35,513 bases of DNA. Origin: an uncultured Sutterella sp. GTDB lineage: Bacteria > Pseudomonadota > Gammaproteobacteria > Burkholderiales > Burkholderiaceae_F. Of this stretch, positions 21,735 to 30,370 are shown in pieces. The notes under the pieces are model-generated. The model was given only the letters and a program-made list of their open reading frames with translations, was not told the DNA's origin and made no database searches. A program made the translations under genes and the position numbers. Position 1 is the first letter of the stretch, and every line of letters starts with the position of its first letter. The DNA is taken from contig CABUOH010000001.1 in NCBI GenBank assembly GCA_902493085.1, positions 1-35,513 of the forward strand, in the 5' to 3' direction.

Positions 21735-22847
21735 ATGATTGAAACCGTTTCCAGAACCAGCTACGCGGTCCTTCGGTACCTGGCCACTCGCCTGTTGCGC
21801 ATCGACCTGATGCTGCTCGCTCTCGTTGTCACCCTGACAACGATCGGCTTCATCGCACTGTTCTCTGCAGGCTACAGTTTTCCATGGCGCATCGAGGGCC
21901 AGATACGAAACATCGCCATTGCGAGTGTCGTCATGTTGGTCGTGTCATGCATTCCCGTAAAGATCTTCCAGAAAGCGACCGTATCGATCTTCATCATAGG
22001 TTGCGTGTTGCTTCTTCTGACGCACTTCTTCGGCGTCACCGTCAAAGGCGCCACACGCTGGCTCAACGTTGGCGTGCGCATACAGCCATCGGAGATCATG
22101 AAGCTCGCCGTTCCGATGATGCTCGCCTGGTACTACAACATCAGGGGAGAAAACGTCTGCAATTGGGATCATCTCGCCGCTTTCGCCATGATGGCCGTGC
22201 CGGTCGGCCTCATCATGAAACAGCCAGACCTCGGCACCTCGATTCTTGTGCTCATCGCCGGCGCATCCGTCATTTTCTTCGCCGGACTCAGCAAGCGCAT
22301 ACTGCTTTCGCTCACTGGTATTCTGATTTTGTCACTGCCGGTCATTTGGAATCTGATGCACGACTACCAACGCCAGCGCGTACTCACTCTGCTTGATCCG
22401 TCCAGCGATCCTCTCGGCAAGGGTTTCCACATCCTGCAGGCTCTCATCGCCATCGGCTCTGGCGGCTTCTCAGGCAAAGGCTGGATGGAAGGTACGCAAG
22501 CCCACCTAGACTTCATTCCTGAACGCACAAGCGACTTCCTCTTCGCCGTTTTCAGCGAAGAGTTCGGATTCGTGGGCAATCTCGTGCTGCTCGCGCTTTA
22601 CACAGCCCTCATCGGACGCAGTTTCTACATCGCAGCCTACGCCGAAACACGCTTCGCCCGGCTGCTTGCGGGGGCGATCGGCTGCATCTTCTTTACCTAT
22701 ACCTTCGTCAACATGGGCATGGTCAGTGGTATTCTGCCCGTGGTAGGCGTGCCGCTGCCTTTCATGAGCTATGGCGGCACAGCCCTTCTCATCCTCGGCG
22801 TCTGCACGGGTATCCTGCTGTCCATCTCCGCCGAGTCCAAGCATTGA
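21735..22847 (+). CDS. rodA: SEDS peptidoglycan glycosyltransferase RodA
   Basis: GATRW, QPSE, QPDLGT, AIGSGG, EEFGF, GVPLPFMSYGG. Confidence 0.96.
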   Translation: MIETVSRTSYAVLRYLATRLLRIDLMLLALVVTLTTIGFIALFSAGYSFPWRIEGQIRNIAIASVVMLVVSCIPVKIFQKATVSIFIIGCVLLLLTHFFGVTVKGATRWLNVGVRIQPSEIMKLAVPMMLAWYYNIRGENVCNWDHLAAFAMMAVPVGLIMKQPDLGTSILVLIAGASVIFFAGLSKRILLSLTGILILSLPVIWNLMHDYQRQRVLTLLDPSSDPLGKGFHILQALIAIGSGGFSGKGWMEGTQAHLDFIPERTSDFLFAVFSEEFGFVGNLVLLALYTALIGRSFYIAAYAETRFARLLAGAIGCIFFTYTFVNMGMVSGILPVVGVPLPFMSYGGTALLILGVCTGILLSISAESKH

Positions 22848-22881
22848 CTTGCTGCATCAGAAAAGAGCTTGCGCCACTTCC

Positions 22882-23760
22882 ATGAAAAAACTTTGCCTCG
22901 CCGCCGTTACGGTCGTTACCGTGCTTCTGTTGAGCGCCTGTTCCACAGGCTCCAAGTATTATCAGCACGACGGACCACCGTCCTCGTCAACTGAGCTTGA
23001 CACGACGAATGCCACGCCACGAGTCGAGCATTTCTACCCGGCTTCGCTGCGTCCTTACACAGTCATGGGTCAGCGCTATGTACCCATCACAAGCGACGTC
23101 AAGATGACCCAGACCGGCATAGCCTCTTGGTACGGCAAACAGTTCCACGGCAACAAGACGGCCATCGGCGAAATATACGACATGCACGCCATGTCTGCTG
23201 CTCACCCCACGATGCCGTTGCCGAGCTATGCACGCGTCACCAATCTTGAAAATAGTCGCTTTGTCATTGTGCGCGTCAACGACCGCGGTCCTTTTCTCCA
23301 CAACCGCGTCATGGATCTGTCCTACGCAGCCGCCACTGCACTTGGCTATGCCGACAAGGGCACTGCGCGCGTGAAAGTGGAGCGCCTGACCAATCAGGAA
23401 ATTGCCGCCGGCACGTGGAAGTCCGGCCAGGATCTTGCATCCTCCTCCGGCGCCTCAACTCAACCCCAGACGCCCAACCTGTCCGGCACGACTGCCGCCA
23501 ATACCATCGTGACTGAGCCCGCCCCCGGCTGGAGCGTGCAAATCGGCTTTTTCACAGAGCGCGACAACGCACTCGCCTATGCTGCTCATGCCGAGGCCGT
23601 ACTGGCTTCGACTGCCTTCCCCCAAAGCGCCCGCCTTGTTCGCGACCAAGGCGGCTATCGCGTCGTACTCGGCAGCGGCATGTCCCTCAATGAAGCACGT
23701 TCAGCCGCCATGCAGATCAAAGACATCATCGGCAGCGGTGCTTTTGCTGTTCAGAAATAA
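22882..23760 (+). CDS. rlpA: Septal lytic transglycosylase lipoprotein RlpA (DPBB + SPOR)
   Basis: Start reassigned to ATG 22882 (MKKLCL...LLSAC lipobox); GIASWYG, AAHPTMP, VRVNDRGP, DLS; C-terminal SPOR-like domain. Confidence 0.92.
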   Translation: MKKLCLAAVTVVTVLLLSACSTGSKYYQHDGPPSSSTELDTTNATPRVEHFYPASLRPYTVMGQRYVPITSDVKMTQTGIASWYGKQFHGNKTAIGEIYDMHAMSAAHPTMPLPSYARVTNLENSRFVIVRVNDRGPFLHNRVMDLSYAAATALGYADKGTARVKVERLTNQEIAAGTWKSGQDLASSSGASTQPQTPNLSGTTAANTIVTEPAPGWSVQIGFFTERDNALAYAAHAEAVLASTAFPQSARLVRDQGGYRVVLGSGMSLNEARSAAMQIKDIIGSGAFAVQK

Positions 23761-23801
23761 CCTCTCAAGCTTTTGAAAGAAATACTCGTCGAGGAAATCA
23801 C

Positions 23802-25220
23802 ATGCTGCTTCCGTCCAATGTCTACGAATCCATCCACCGCGCGTGGACGGGTGACACCCTTGAAGGCCTCATGGACTTCATCCGAATTCCCGCCAAATCC
23901 CGCGCCTTCAACCCCAGCTGGGAAACCGACGGCATTCTGAAACGCGCACTCGAGGACTCGGCCCGATGGGGGCGTCGCCTGCTGCCCGCTGCTGAATTTG
24001 AAATCATCGAAAAATCCGGCATTCCGCCGGCACTTTTCATTCGCATTCCCGCATCAGGCAACCACACTGGCAAGCCTGCATTCTTTTACGGACATCTCGA
24101 CAAACAGCCTGAAACCGTCGGCTGGAATGAAGGCCTCGGCCCCTGGACGCCCGTCGTGCGCGATGGCCGTCTCTACGGCCGCGGAGGCGTTGACGACGGC
24201 TACAACTACTACCTGACGCTTACCGCCGTGAAGGCGCTGAAAGATGCCGGCATTGCACATCCAGAGATATTCTGTCTTTATGAGACGGACGAAGAATCCG
24301 GCTCCCGTGATCTCGTTCAGTACATTCAGGCGCTAGCCCCGCGCATCGGCACGCCGGCCTTCATTGCCATCGCCGACCTCGGTTGCAACGACATGAAACG
24401 CGTCTGGCTCACCCAGTCATTGCGGGGCACGGTCTCGCTCACGGTCGATGTGCGCGTGCTCGACACGCCGTCGCATTCCGGCTTGGCCGGCGGTGTCGTG
24501 CCGAGCTCCTTCCGCATCATGCGCGCACTGTTGGCGCGCATTGAGGACGCTCAGACGGGTGAGCTTCTGTTGCCCGAGCTCAACTGCGAAGTGCCCGAAG
24601 ACATTCTCGACAGTCTCCGCTCTCTTGCTCAAGAAAGCGATGTACGCCAATGCTTCGACTGGACCGGCGACACGCATGCCCAAGCAGAAACCGCGTTTGA
24701 GGCTCTACTCGCGAACACCTGGAAGCCCTCCATGTGCGTGGTGGGTGCCGACGGCCTGCCGCCATGCGACAACGCTGGCAACGTGCTCCGCTCCAACACC
24801 TCGCTTCGCCTCTCCTTCAGAACGCCGCCTCTTGTCGACGCAAAGGCGGCTCTCCAGACCATCATCCGCGTTCTGACTACAAACGTGCCCTGCGGCGCTC
24901 AGGTGAGCGTAAGCCGCGCGGAGGCCGCTTCCGGCTTTGTGTCTGCACTGCCCACCGGCTGGCTTCGCAATACGCTGGAAAATGCCGGCGAAGCAATCTT
25001 CGGCAACAGCACAGGCTATCTCTTCTGCGGTGCCTCCATCGGCACCCTGCCCGCCTTCAAGGCTGCATTTCCTGAGAGTCCTTTCGTCAACACCGGAGCA
25101 CTTGGCCCCGCATGCAACGCACATGCGCCCAACGAATGGCTGGATCTTGCATACGCCGAAAAGCTTACCTGCATCTTCGCCGAACTCATCGCAGGCATTC
25201 CGCGCGGAGACCAAGCATGA
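23802..25220 (+). CDS. M20-family metallopeptidase/dipeptidase
   Basis: YGHLDKQP, YGRGGVDDG, EESGS, HSG, NAHAPNE metal-binding motifs. Confidence 0.9.
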   Translation: MLLPSNVYESIHRAWTGDTLEGLMDFIRIPAKSRAFNPSWETDGILKRALEDSARWGRRLLPAAEFEIIEKSGIPPALFIRIPASGNHTGKPAFFYGHLDKQPETVGWNEGLGPWTPVVRDGRLYGRGGVDDGYNYYLTLTAVKALKDAGIAHPEIFCLYETDEESGSRDLVQYIQALAPRIGTPAFIAIADLGCNDMKRVWLTQSLRGTVSLTVDVRVLDTPSHSGLAGGVVPSSFRIMRALLARIEDAQTGELLLPELNCEVPEDILDSLRSLAQESDVRQCFDWTGDTHAQAETAFEALLANTWKPSMCVVGADGLPPCDNAGNVLRSNTSLRLSFRTPPLVDAKAALQTIIRVLTTNVPCGAQVSVSRAEAASGFVSALPTGWLRNTLENAGEAIFGNSTGYLFCGASIGTLPAFKAAFPESPFVNTGALGPACNAHAPNEWLDLAYAEKLTCIFAELIAGIPRGDQA

Positions 25221-25432
25221 GGAGAGACTGCGTCACGCAAATCATCGTCGACTGGGGCGGCGGCGAATGGGAAAACTTCGCCACACCGTTTGAAGCTGAG
25301 CAGTTCATCAATGCAATGCTGGATGAACTCGACATCCCGAAGGCCGCCTGGCGTGAGGACATGCAAGGCAACAAGAAATGGGATTACGAAATCGTCGAGG
25401 ACGACAACGGCCTCATCAAACTCGTGGATTGA
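25217..25432 (+). CDS. Small acidic hypothetical protein (71 aa)
   Basis: ATG 25217 overlaps the peptidase stop (ATGA); GGAGA RBS at 25205-25209; fills the gap between the peptidase and HIT genes; MRRDCVTQIIVDWGGGEWENF...LVD*. Confidence 0.7.
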   Translation: MRRDCVTQIIVDWGGGEWENFATPFEAEQFINAMLDELDIPKAAWREDMQGNKKWDYEIVEDDNGLIKLVD

Positions 25433-25445
25433 CGGAGAACTTCAG

Positions 25446-25877
25446 ATGACCTGCCCCCTTTGCACGAACCACGCACAATCCGAAATTTGGCGCAACAGCA
25501 ATTTTTACCTCATTGATGCGGAGGACCCAAGATTTCCCTGCTATCTCAGGATAGTTTCATGTCGACATGTTCCGGAAATGTCCTCACTCACGCCTGAAGA
25601 ACGAATACAGCTTTGGGACATTCTCAACGCGGTGGAGGAGGAAATCATCAAGGCTCTGCATCCGCACAAAGTAAATCTCGCGCAGTTCGGCAACATGGTT
25701 CCTCACCTGCACTGGCACGTCATTGCCCGTTGGAGGGACGACACGCATTTTCCGGAATGCCCTTGGGGGCCAGCGCAGCGCAACGTTCCTGAAGCGATTC
25801 AATCCGAACGCCGCCTCAGAACGGAAGCACTCAAGCCCGTGCTTCGCGAAGTGCTTGAAAAACGTTTTGGGAACTGA
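25446..25877 (+). CDS. HIT-family nucleotide hydrolase
   Basis: Start reassigned to ATG 25446 (MTCPLC) with GGAGA RBS; GNMVPHLHWHVI histidine triad. Confidence 0.9.
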   Translation: MTCPLCTNHAQSEIWRNSNFYLIDAEDPRFPCYLRIVSCRHVPEMSSLTPEERIQLWDILNAVEEEIIKALHPHKVNLAQFGNMVPHLHWHVIARWRDDTHFPECPWGPAQRNVPEAIQSERRLRTEALKPVLREVLEKRFGN

Positions 25878-26618
25878 TCACAATTCCTTTGGACATACGC
25901 TCAGGCCGATCTTCTCGGCCTTTGAGCGCTTGAGCAAAGCCCTGACCTGCTCTTCGCCGACTCCGTTGAAGACTAGTGCGACGCGTTTGACCGCAACGTT
26001 GTTGTACCGCGTCACCCTGACGTTCGTAAGACCATTGTCAAGCGCAAACTTCTTTGACCAGAGTTCGGCCGACTTCTCGTCGGCAAAGGTCTCCACCACC
26101 AGTGCATGGCCGCCCGCCTCCAATGCTGCGATCGAACAATTCTCCGCAGCATCCCTGCAAAGCGCCTCGAGGCTCTTCCGAGCCTTCTGCCGCGTAAACG
26201 GTCCAACATAGACGGCGTAGCGCGTGTCACTGTAGGGAATGATGGTCAACTGCCCCATTACGTCTACTTTCTCAAAGAACCTACGGTATTTCGGCAGTTG
26301 CTTCTCCGGCAAAGGGCCGAAAACCACGCAACTCAATCCCGCCAACTTCGACTCGTTCACCGGCTCCAGCAACGGCGTCCCATCGTCATCATCCGCTGCC
26401 GTTGTCTTCGCAACAGCATCGTCCTGTACGATCGGAGCTTCAATCTTCAGATGATCCGGCTTCACGAGCTCGGGCGATCCATAAGCAAAATTGTCGACGC
26501 TCACGGTCTTGACCTCTCCGGAAGGAACGACCTCAGACGTTTGATGCCTCTCCATCCAAAACAAATAGCCTGCGACGCCCACAGCTGCCAGAAGAAGTGC
26601 AATGGCAATGTTTCTCAC
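25878..26618 (-). CDS. Membrane-anchored SPOR-domain-like protein
   Basis: N-terminal signal/TM, CVVFGP and YAVYVGPF segments; usual birA-coaX-SPOR order in Burkholderiales. Confidence 0.6.
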   Translation of the reverse strand: MRNIAIALLLAAVGVAGYLFWMERHQTSEVVPSGEVKTVSVDNFAYGSPELVKPDHLKIEAPIVQDDAVAKTTAADDDDGTPLLEPVNESKLAGLSCVVFGPLPEKQLPKYRRFFEKVDVMGQLTIIPYSDTRYAVYVGPFTRQKARKSLEALCRDAAENCSIAALEAGGHALVVETFADEKSAELWSKKFALDNGLTNVRVTRYNNVAVKRVALVFNGVGEEQVRALLKRSKAEKIGLSVCPKEL

Positions 26619-27406
26619 GCGTTCTTCCTCCCGAATAACTCTGTTTGCCCCGCGAGTGCGGAAAGTCCTCTGAGCACAAGATTGTGCTTGACGACAAGGT
26701 CGGGGACCTCCTCCTGCAGAAAGGGGGCGATGAACTTCGCGGAACCTCCCGCCAGCAACACTTTCGGTTCAAAGCCACGGCGCCTCATGACGCCGATTGC
26801 GCGCAGAATGAGTCCTACCTGTGCATCAATGATCCCCGTCATCACGGCATTGCTCGTGGAGCGCGGGAGTTCGTCGTAGACTCCGTCAAGATCCGTGAGA
26901 GAAGGAATGCCCTTTGCAAGGAAGTTCTTCATCAATGTGGGGCCTAGCGTGATGCGTCCTCCCATAAAGTCGTAAACGCCACGTTCACGATAAAAGATGG
27001 AGTCGACGGTCGTGGCTGTTCCCGTGTGCATAACCAGAAGCGAGCGACTCTCCTCGAGCATGGCGTCGGCTGCGCCCACCGCCGCATACCAGCGATCGGC
27101 GCCGAGCTGAGTAGGCTTTTCGTAGCAGTTTCTGAGAGTAAAGCACCCATTGAATGTCGTTTGCGTGCGCACCCAATCCCAGCAGATGCCGTGGTCATTG
27201 AAAAACTTGGTGAGCGAGAAGGCAACAACGGGGGCCGCGACCGTGCACCCGATAATGCGCTTGGGACGCATGTTGAGCCACAAATCGTAGAGTTCTTCCT
27301 TGAAGTGCGTGCTGCCTTTATGAACGATGGTATGAGGGTTGTCGGGTTCCTCGATGGGCGTCCATTTCAGAGCGGTGTTCCCAAGATCAATAAGCAGCGT
27401 TGTCAT
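26615..27406 (-). CDS. coaX: Type III pantothenate kinase
   Basis: LLIDLGNTALKW, LGADRW, GTATTVD, GG.I, LVLRGL. Confidence 0.93.
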   Translation of the reverse strand: MTTLLIDLGNTALKWTPIEEPDNPHTIVHKGSTHFKEELYDLWLNMRPKRIIGCTVAAPVVAFSLTKFFNDHGICWDWVRTQTTFNGCFTLRNCYEKPTQLGADRWYAAVGAADAMLEESRSLLVMHTGTATTVDSIFYRERGVYDFMGGRITLGPTLMKNFLAKGIPSLTDLDGVYDELPRSTSNAVMTGIIDAQVGLILRAIGVMRRRGFEPKVLLAGGSAKFIAPFLQEEVPDLVVKHNLVLRGLSALAGQTELFGRKNA

Positions 27407-28148
27407 TGAAAAATGTTCCGGAAAAAAAAGCCTTTAGGCCCTCGTCTGTCTTCAACTGCAGCCGGCCGAGATTGTCAATGCCCATATTAAGTCCTTCCCA
27501 GGCTCCTTCGTCATCGGCGAGGCGGATCGACCTTCCGGCAAAAGCATCATAAAGAGGCCAACGTCCAACCACATCGGCCCGTTCGTCAGTCAGAGCGCCG
27601 AGAACTCCGCTGACCAGCAATGCAAGCATAGGATTGGGCACCCCCATGTCGGAGCAGGCCAACACATCGCCTAAACCACTGATCGGCCATCCGTTCGTCG
27701 TTCGTTCGGCCACCCCATCGCGATTGAGTCCTACGCCCGCAACCAGAACGCTTCGGCCCGCAACATCCTTCACGGTCTCGCAGAGGATGCCGCCGCACTT
27801 TCCACCTTCAAACCAAACATCATTGGGCCATTTGATGCATACGAAACGCCCTGCATCGCGCAGGGCACTGCACACCCCCATGCCGACAGCGATGGGCACA
27901 AGAGACACCGGGACCCTGATCATGGAGAAAGGCAACAGAAGGGAAAAGGCGAGACAACCGTCGAACGATTGCCATCCGCGGCCTCTCGTGCCTCGTCCAT
28001 GCATCTGACGCTTGGCCTCCAATACGAGAGGCTTGTCTACGCATGAACCTCGAGCATGCGTTTTCAAGTCGTCATTGGTAGAACCTGTTTCCTCAACTAC
28101 GCGAACGTCAAAAGACCCCACGAACCTTTCCTCCTTCGTCGGGAGCAT
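27387..28148 (-). CDS. birA: Biotin protein ligase, class I (no DNA-binding HTH)
   Basis: GSTND, Q..GRGTRGRGW, KWPND, KCGGIL, GVGLN. ATG at 28148; TTG at 28154 is possible. Confidence 0.9.
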   Translation of the reverse strand: MLPTKEERFVGSFDVRVVEETGSTNDDLKTHARGSCVDKPLVLEAKRQMHGRGTRGRGWQSFDGCLAFSLLLPFSMIRVPVSLVPIAVGMGVCSALRDAGRFVCIKWPNDVWFEGGKCGGILCETVKDVAGRSVLVAGVGLNRDGVAERTTNGWPISGLGDVLACSDMGVPNPMLALLVSGVLGALTDERADVVGRWPLYDAFAGRSIRLADDEGAWEGLNMGIDNLGRLQLKTDEGLKAFFSGTFFNDNAAY

Positions 28149-28256
28149 TCCCAAAGTCCGTCAATCATAGTTGAATTTCCAAAATCGTTTACAGCCCCAC
28201 ATCGTCGTTCGTTACAATGGGCAAGCAATGCGTTTTCAATTACCCTCCCTCTTTCA

Positions 28257-29096
28257 ATGCGCATCTTCCCCTCTCTGCTTCTGTCCGCCGCCATGCTCTG
28301 CATCGCATCGAAGTCCGCCCTCGGCGCCATGGCCTTGATGGACCTTGACAGCAGGCAGACTCTTGAGCTAGAGGGTACCCGGCTCTTCATCACCGAACCG
28401 CTTGCAAAGCAAATCAGCGCTCTGTTAGGTTCGGACGTTCCTCCACTTTCGGTTGGAGAAACGACGATCGAGACACTCGTTGCAAGACTTGCCAAAGTAC
28501 CAGACAAGAAGTGGCAGACTGCCTATTTAGAATCAGGAGGGACCGCCACCAATCGTCTTATTCCGCTTGCCACAGCCTGTACGGCCGCCGGCTGCGACGG
28601 TCTCTATCTGTCTCACAACCCGCTGGGAAACGAGGGGACGCATCGACTGATTGCCATCGTCTTTGGATTCGACTCCCGCGCAACACTCGACAGAGCTGCC
28701 GCGACCTTTCTCCGTGAGGGGCATCTTCGCTACAGGACAACGACCATCCTTCAAAAGGGTGAGGCCGTGGGCCACGCCCCCGTCTTCAAGGGAGACGTGT
28801 CGGGCGTAGCGCTTGTCACGCACGAAGACGTTGTCGTCACCCTCTCCAAGACCGTGACTCTGAGCCAAGACTCGAAAGCCTTTAAAATGCACCTCACTCG
28901 TCAGCAACCCGTTATTGCACCCGTGAACATCGACACGCAGCTGGGCACGCTGAGCATCTGGCTCAACGACAAGTGCCTGAGATCCGTGCCGGTTTATGCC
29001 GAGAGTCCCGTTCAGAAAGGTTCTCTGTGGCAGAGAGTACGAGACACGATCCTGCTGGCAACAACAGACATCAACGAAGCGGAGAAAGCCCAATGA
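28257..29096 (+). CDS. Shortened, probably inactive PBP5/DacA-like protein with an intact PBP5 C-terminal domain
   Basis: ATG 28257 gives a signal peptide. RLIAIVFG, VFKG, PVIAPV...LG.L, VQKGSLWQR match the DacA C-terminal half. It sits directly before ybeD, as dacA does. Catalytic motifs are absent. Confidence 0.72.
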   Translation: MRIFPSLLLSAAMLCIASKSALGAMALMDLDSRQTLELEGTRLFITEPLAKQISALLGSDVPPLSVGETTIETLVARLAKVPDKKWQTAYLESGGTATNRLIPLATACTAAGCDGLYLSHNPLGNEGTHRLIAIVFGFDSRATLDRAAATFLREGHLRYRTTTILQKGEAVGHAPVFKGDVSGVALVTHEDVVVTLSKTVTLSQDSKAFKMHLTRQQPVIAPVNIDTQLGTLSIWLNDKCLRSVPVYAESPVQKGSLWQRVRDTILLATTDINEAEKAQ

Positions 29097-29386
29097 ATGG
29101 CAATTCCCACCCCCTGCCCGACGACCTGACTCCAGTCATGGTCTTCCCCATGCTGAACTTTCCCATCAAAATCATGGGTCTCAACCAACCCGAATTTCCG
29201 GCAGTCATCTGCGAGCTTGCCGCTGGTCACTTCTCCGATTTCGACCGAAGCACAATGACAACGGCCCTTTCCAAAACCGGCAGGTATCTTGCACTCAGCA
29301 TCATGGTCAATGCGCAATCTCAGGAACAGCTCGACAACTTTTACCGAGCCTTGACTTCGCACCCGATGGTCAAGGTGGCGCTTTGA
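29093..29386 (+). CDS. ybeD: YbeD/DUF493 (UPF0250) protein
   Basis: ATG 29093; FPIKIMG, SKTGRYLALS, QEQLDNFYRALTSHPMVK. Confidence 0.9.
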   Translation: MNGNSHPLPDDLTPVMVFPMLNFPIKIMGLNQPEFPAVICELAAGHFSDFDRSTMTTALSKTGRYLALSIMVNAQSQEQLDNFYRALTSHPMVKVAL

Positions 29387-30297
29387 TGCGGAACACAGGG
29401 ACCGTCAAACCGGGCAGCGTGCAGGCCTGGATGGCTTTTACTCGCCCAAAGACTTGGGGAGTGGCCGTAGCTCCCGTCATCGCCGCGTTGAGTCTCGCTC
29501 TATTTGAAACCGGGCGTTTTGATGCCTTGACCGCGTTCTTCACAATGACAATCGCTCTTTTGATGCAGATTATCAGCAACATGAAGAACGATCTGGGCTA
29601 TACCGAGAAAAAGGCCGAAACCGGCAACCGAAGAGGGTTGCCTCGAGCAACTTCTCAAGGCTGGATTTCCGTCTCGGCCGCCCGAAGGGCAATTTTTGCG
29701 CTCATCATACTTGCACTGCTCAACACCGCCGTGCTCATCTGGCTTGGCGGTTGGGGCTTCGCCTTGATAGGCATTGCTTCAGTCATAGCTGCCTATTCAT
29801 ACATGGGCGGCCCGAAGCCCATTGCCTACACGCCCTTCGGTGAACTGACCGTGCTTGTCTTCTTCGGCCTGACGGCCGTTTGCGGGACCTACTACCTGCA
29901 AACCTTCAGCGTGTCTGCGAACGCCGTCCTGCTAAGCATTGCACTTGGATCCATCGCGGCCGCCGTTCTGGCAGTCAACAATTGGAGAGATCGAGTGCAT
30001 GACAAGAGCATCGGCCGTCGGACGCTTGCAGTCGTGTTGGGCGACAAGACCTTCACGGCCGCCTTCAGAGTCATGACGACACTCCCGCTGGTTCTCGGTC
30101 TCATCATGGCGGCAACGCCCGGATTCTGGCCCGGCCTGTTGGTGCTGGCATGTCTGCCGCAGTGTCTGCCCCTTTGGAAGCAATTCGCCACACTTCAGCA
30201 CGAAGCCCTCAATGCCACCATGTTCGGCTGCGTCAAGTACGAACTCGCCTACTCCGGCCTTTTTTCCGCAGGTGCGTTGTTTGCCTATCTCCTGTGA
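29386..30297 (+). CDS. menA: 1,4-dihydroxy-2-naphthoate polyprenyltransferase (UbiA superfamily)
   Basis: ATG 29386 (TGATG overlap); RPKT, Y.GGPKP..Y.P.GE..V..FFG, VNNWRD...D...GRRTLAV. Confidence 0.88.
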   Translation: MRNTGTVKPGSVQAWMAFTRPKTWGVAVAPVIAALSLALFETGRFDALTAFFTMTIALLMQIISNMKNDLGYTEKKAETGNRRGLPRATSQGWISVSAARRAIFALIILALLNTAVLIWLGGWGFALIGIASVIAAYSYMGGPKPIAYTPFGELTVLVFFGLTAVCGTYYLQTFSVSANAVLLSIALGSIAAAVLAVNNWRDRVHDKSIGRRTLAVVLGDKTFTAAFRVMTTLPLVLGLIMAATPGFWPGLLVLACLPQCLPLWKQFATLQHEALNATMFGCVKYELAYSGLFSAGALFAYLL

Positions 30298-30315
30298 CAA
30301 CAAGGGGCTGTCCAA

Positions 30316-30357
30316 GAAAAAACTCTTCCCTGCGAAAAGCAGGTGAAGAGTTTTTTC
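30316..30357. terminator. Bidirectional intrinsic terminator between convergent menA and dolP
   Basis: GAAAAAACTCTTC-CCTGC-gaaaa-GCAGG-t-GAAGAGTTTTTTC stem with a 1-nt bulge and T/A tracts at both ends. Confidence 0.85.
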
Positions 30358-30370
30358 GCATCGGCAAAGA

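Noticed and set aside
28188..28218. Possible sigma70 promoter TTTACA-N19-TACAAT before the dac-like gene
   Set aside because: The spacer is suboptimal and the call cannot be supported without TSS data.
28996..29385. Apparent 130-aa N-terminal extension of MenA
   Set aside because: Overlaps ybeD in another frame; the real start is ATG 29386.
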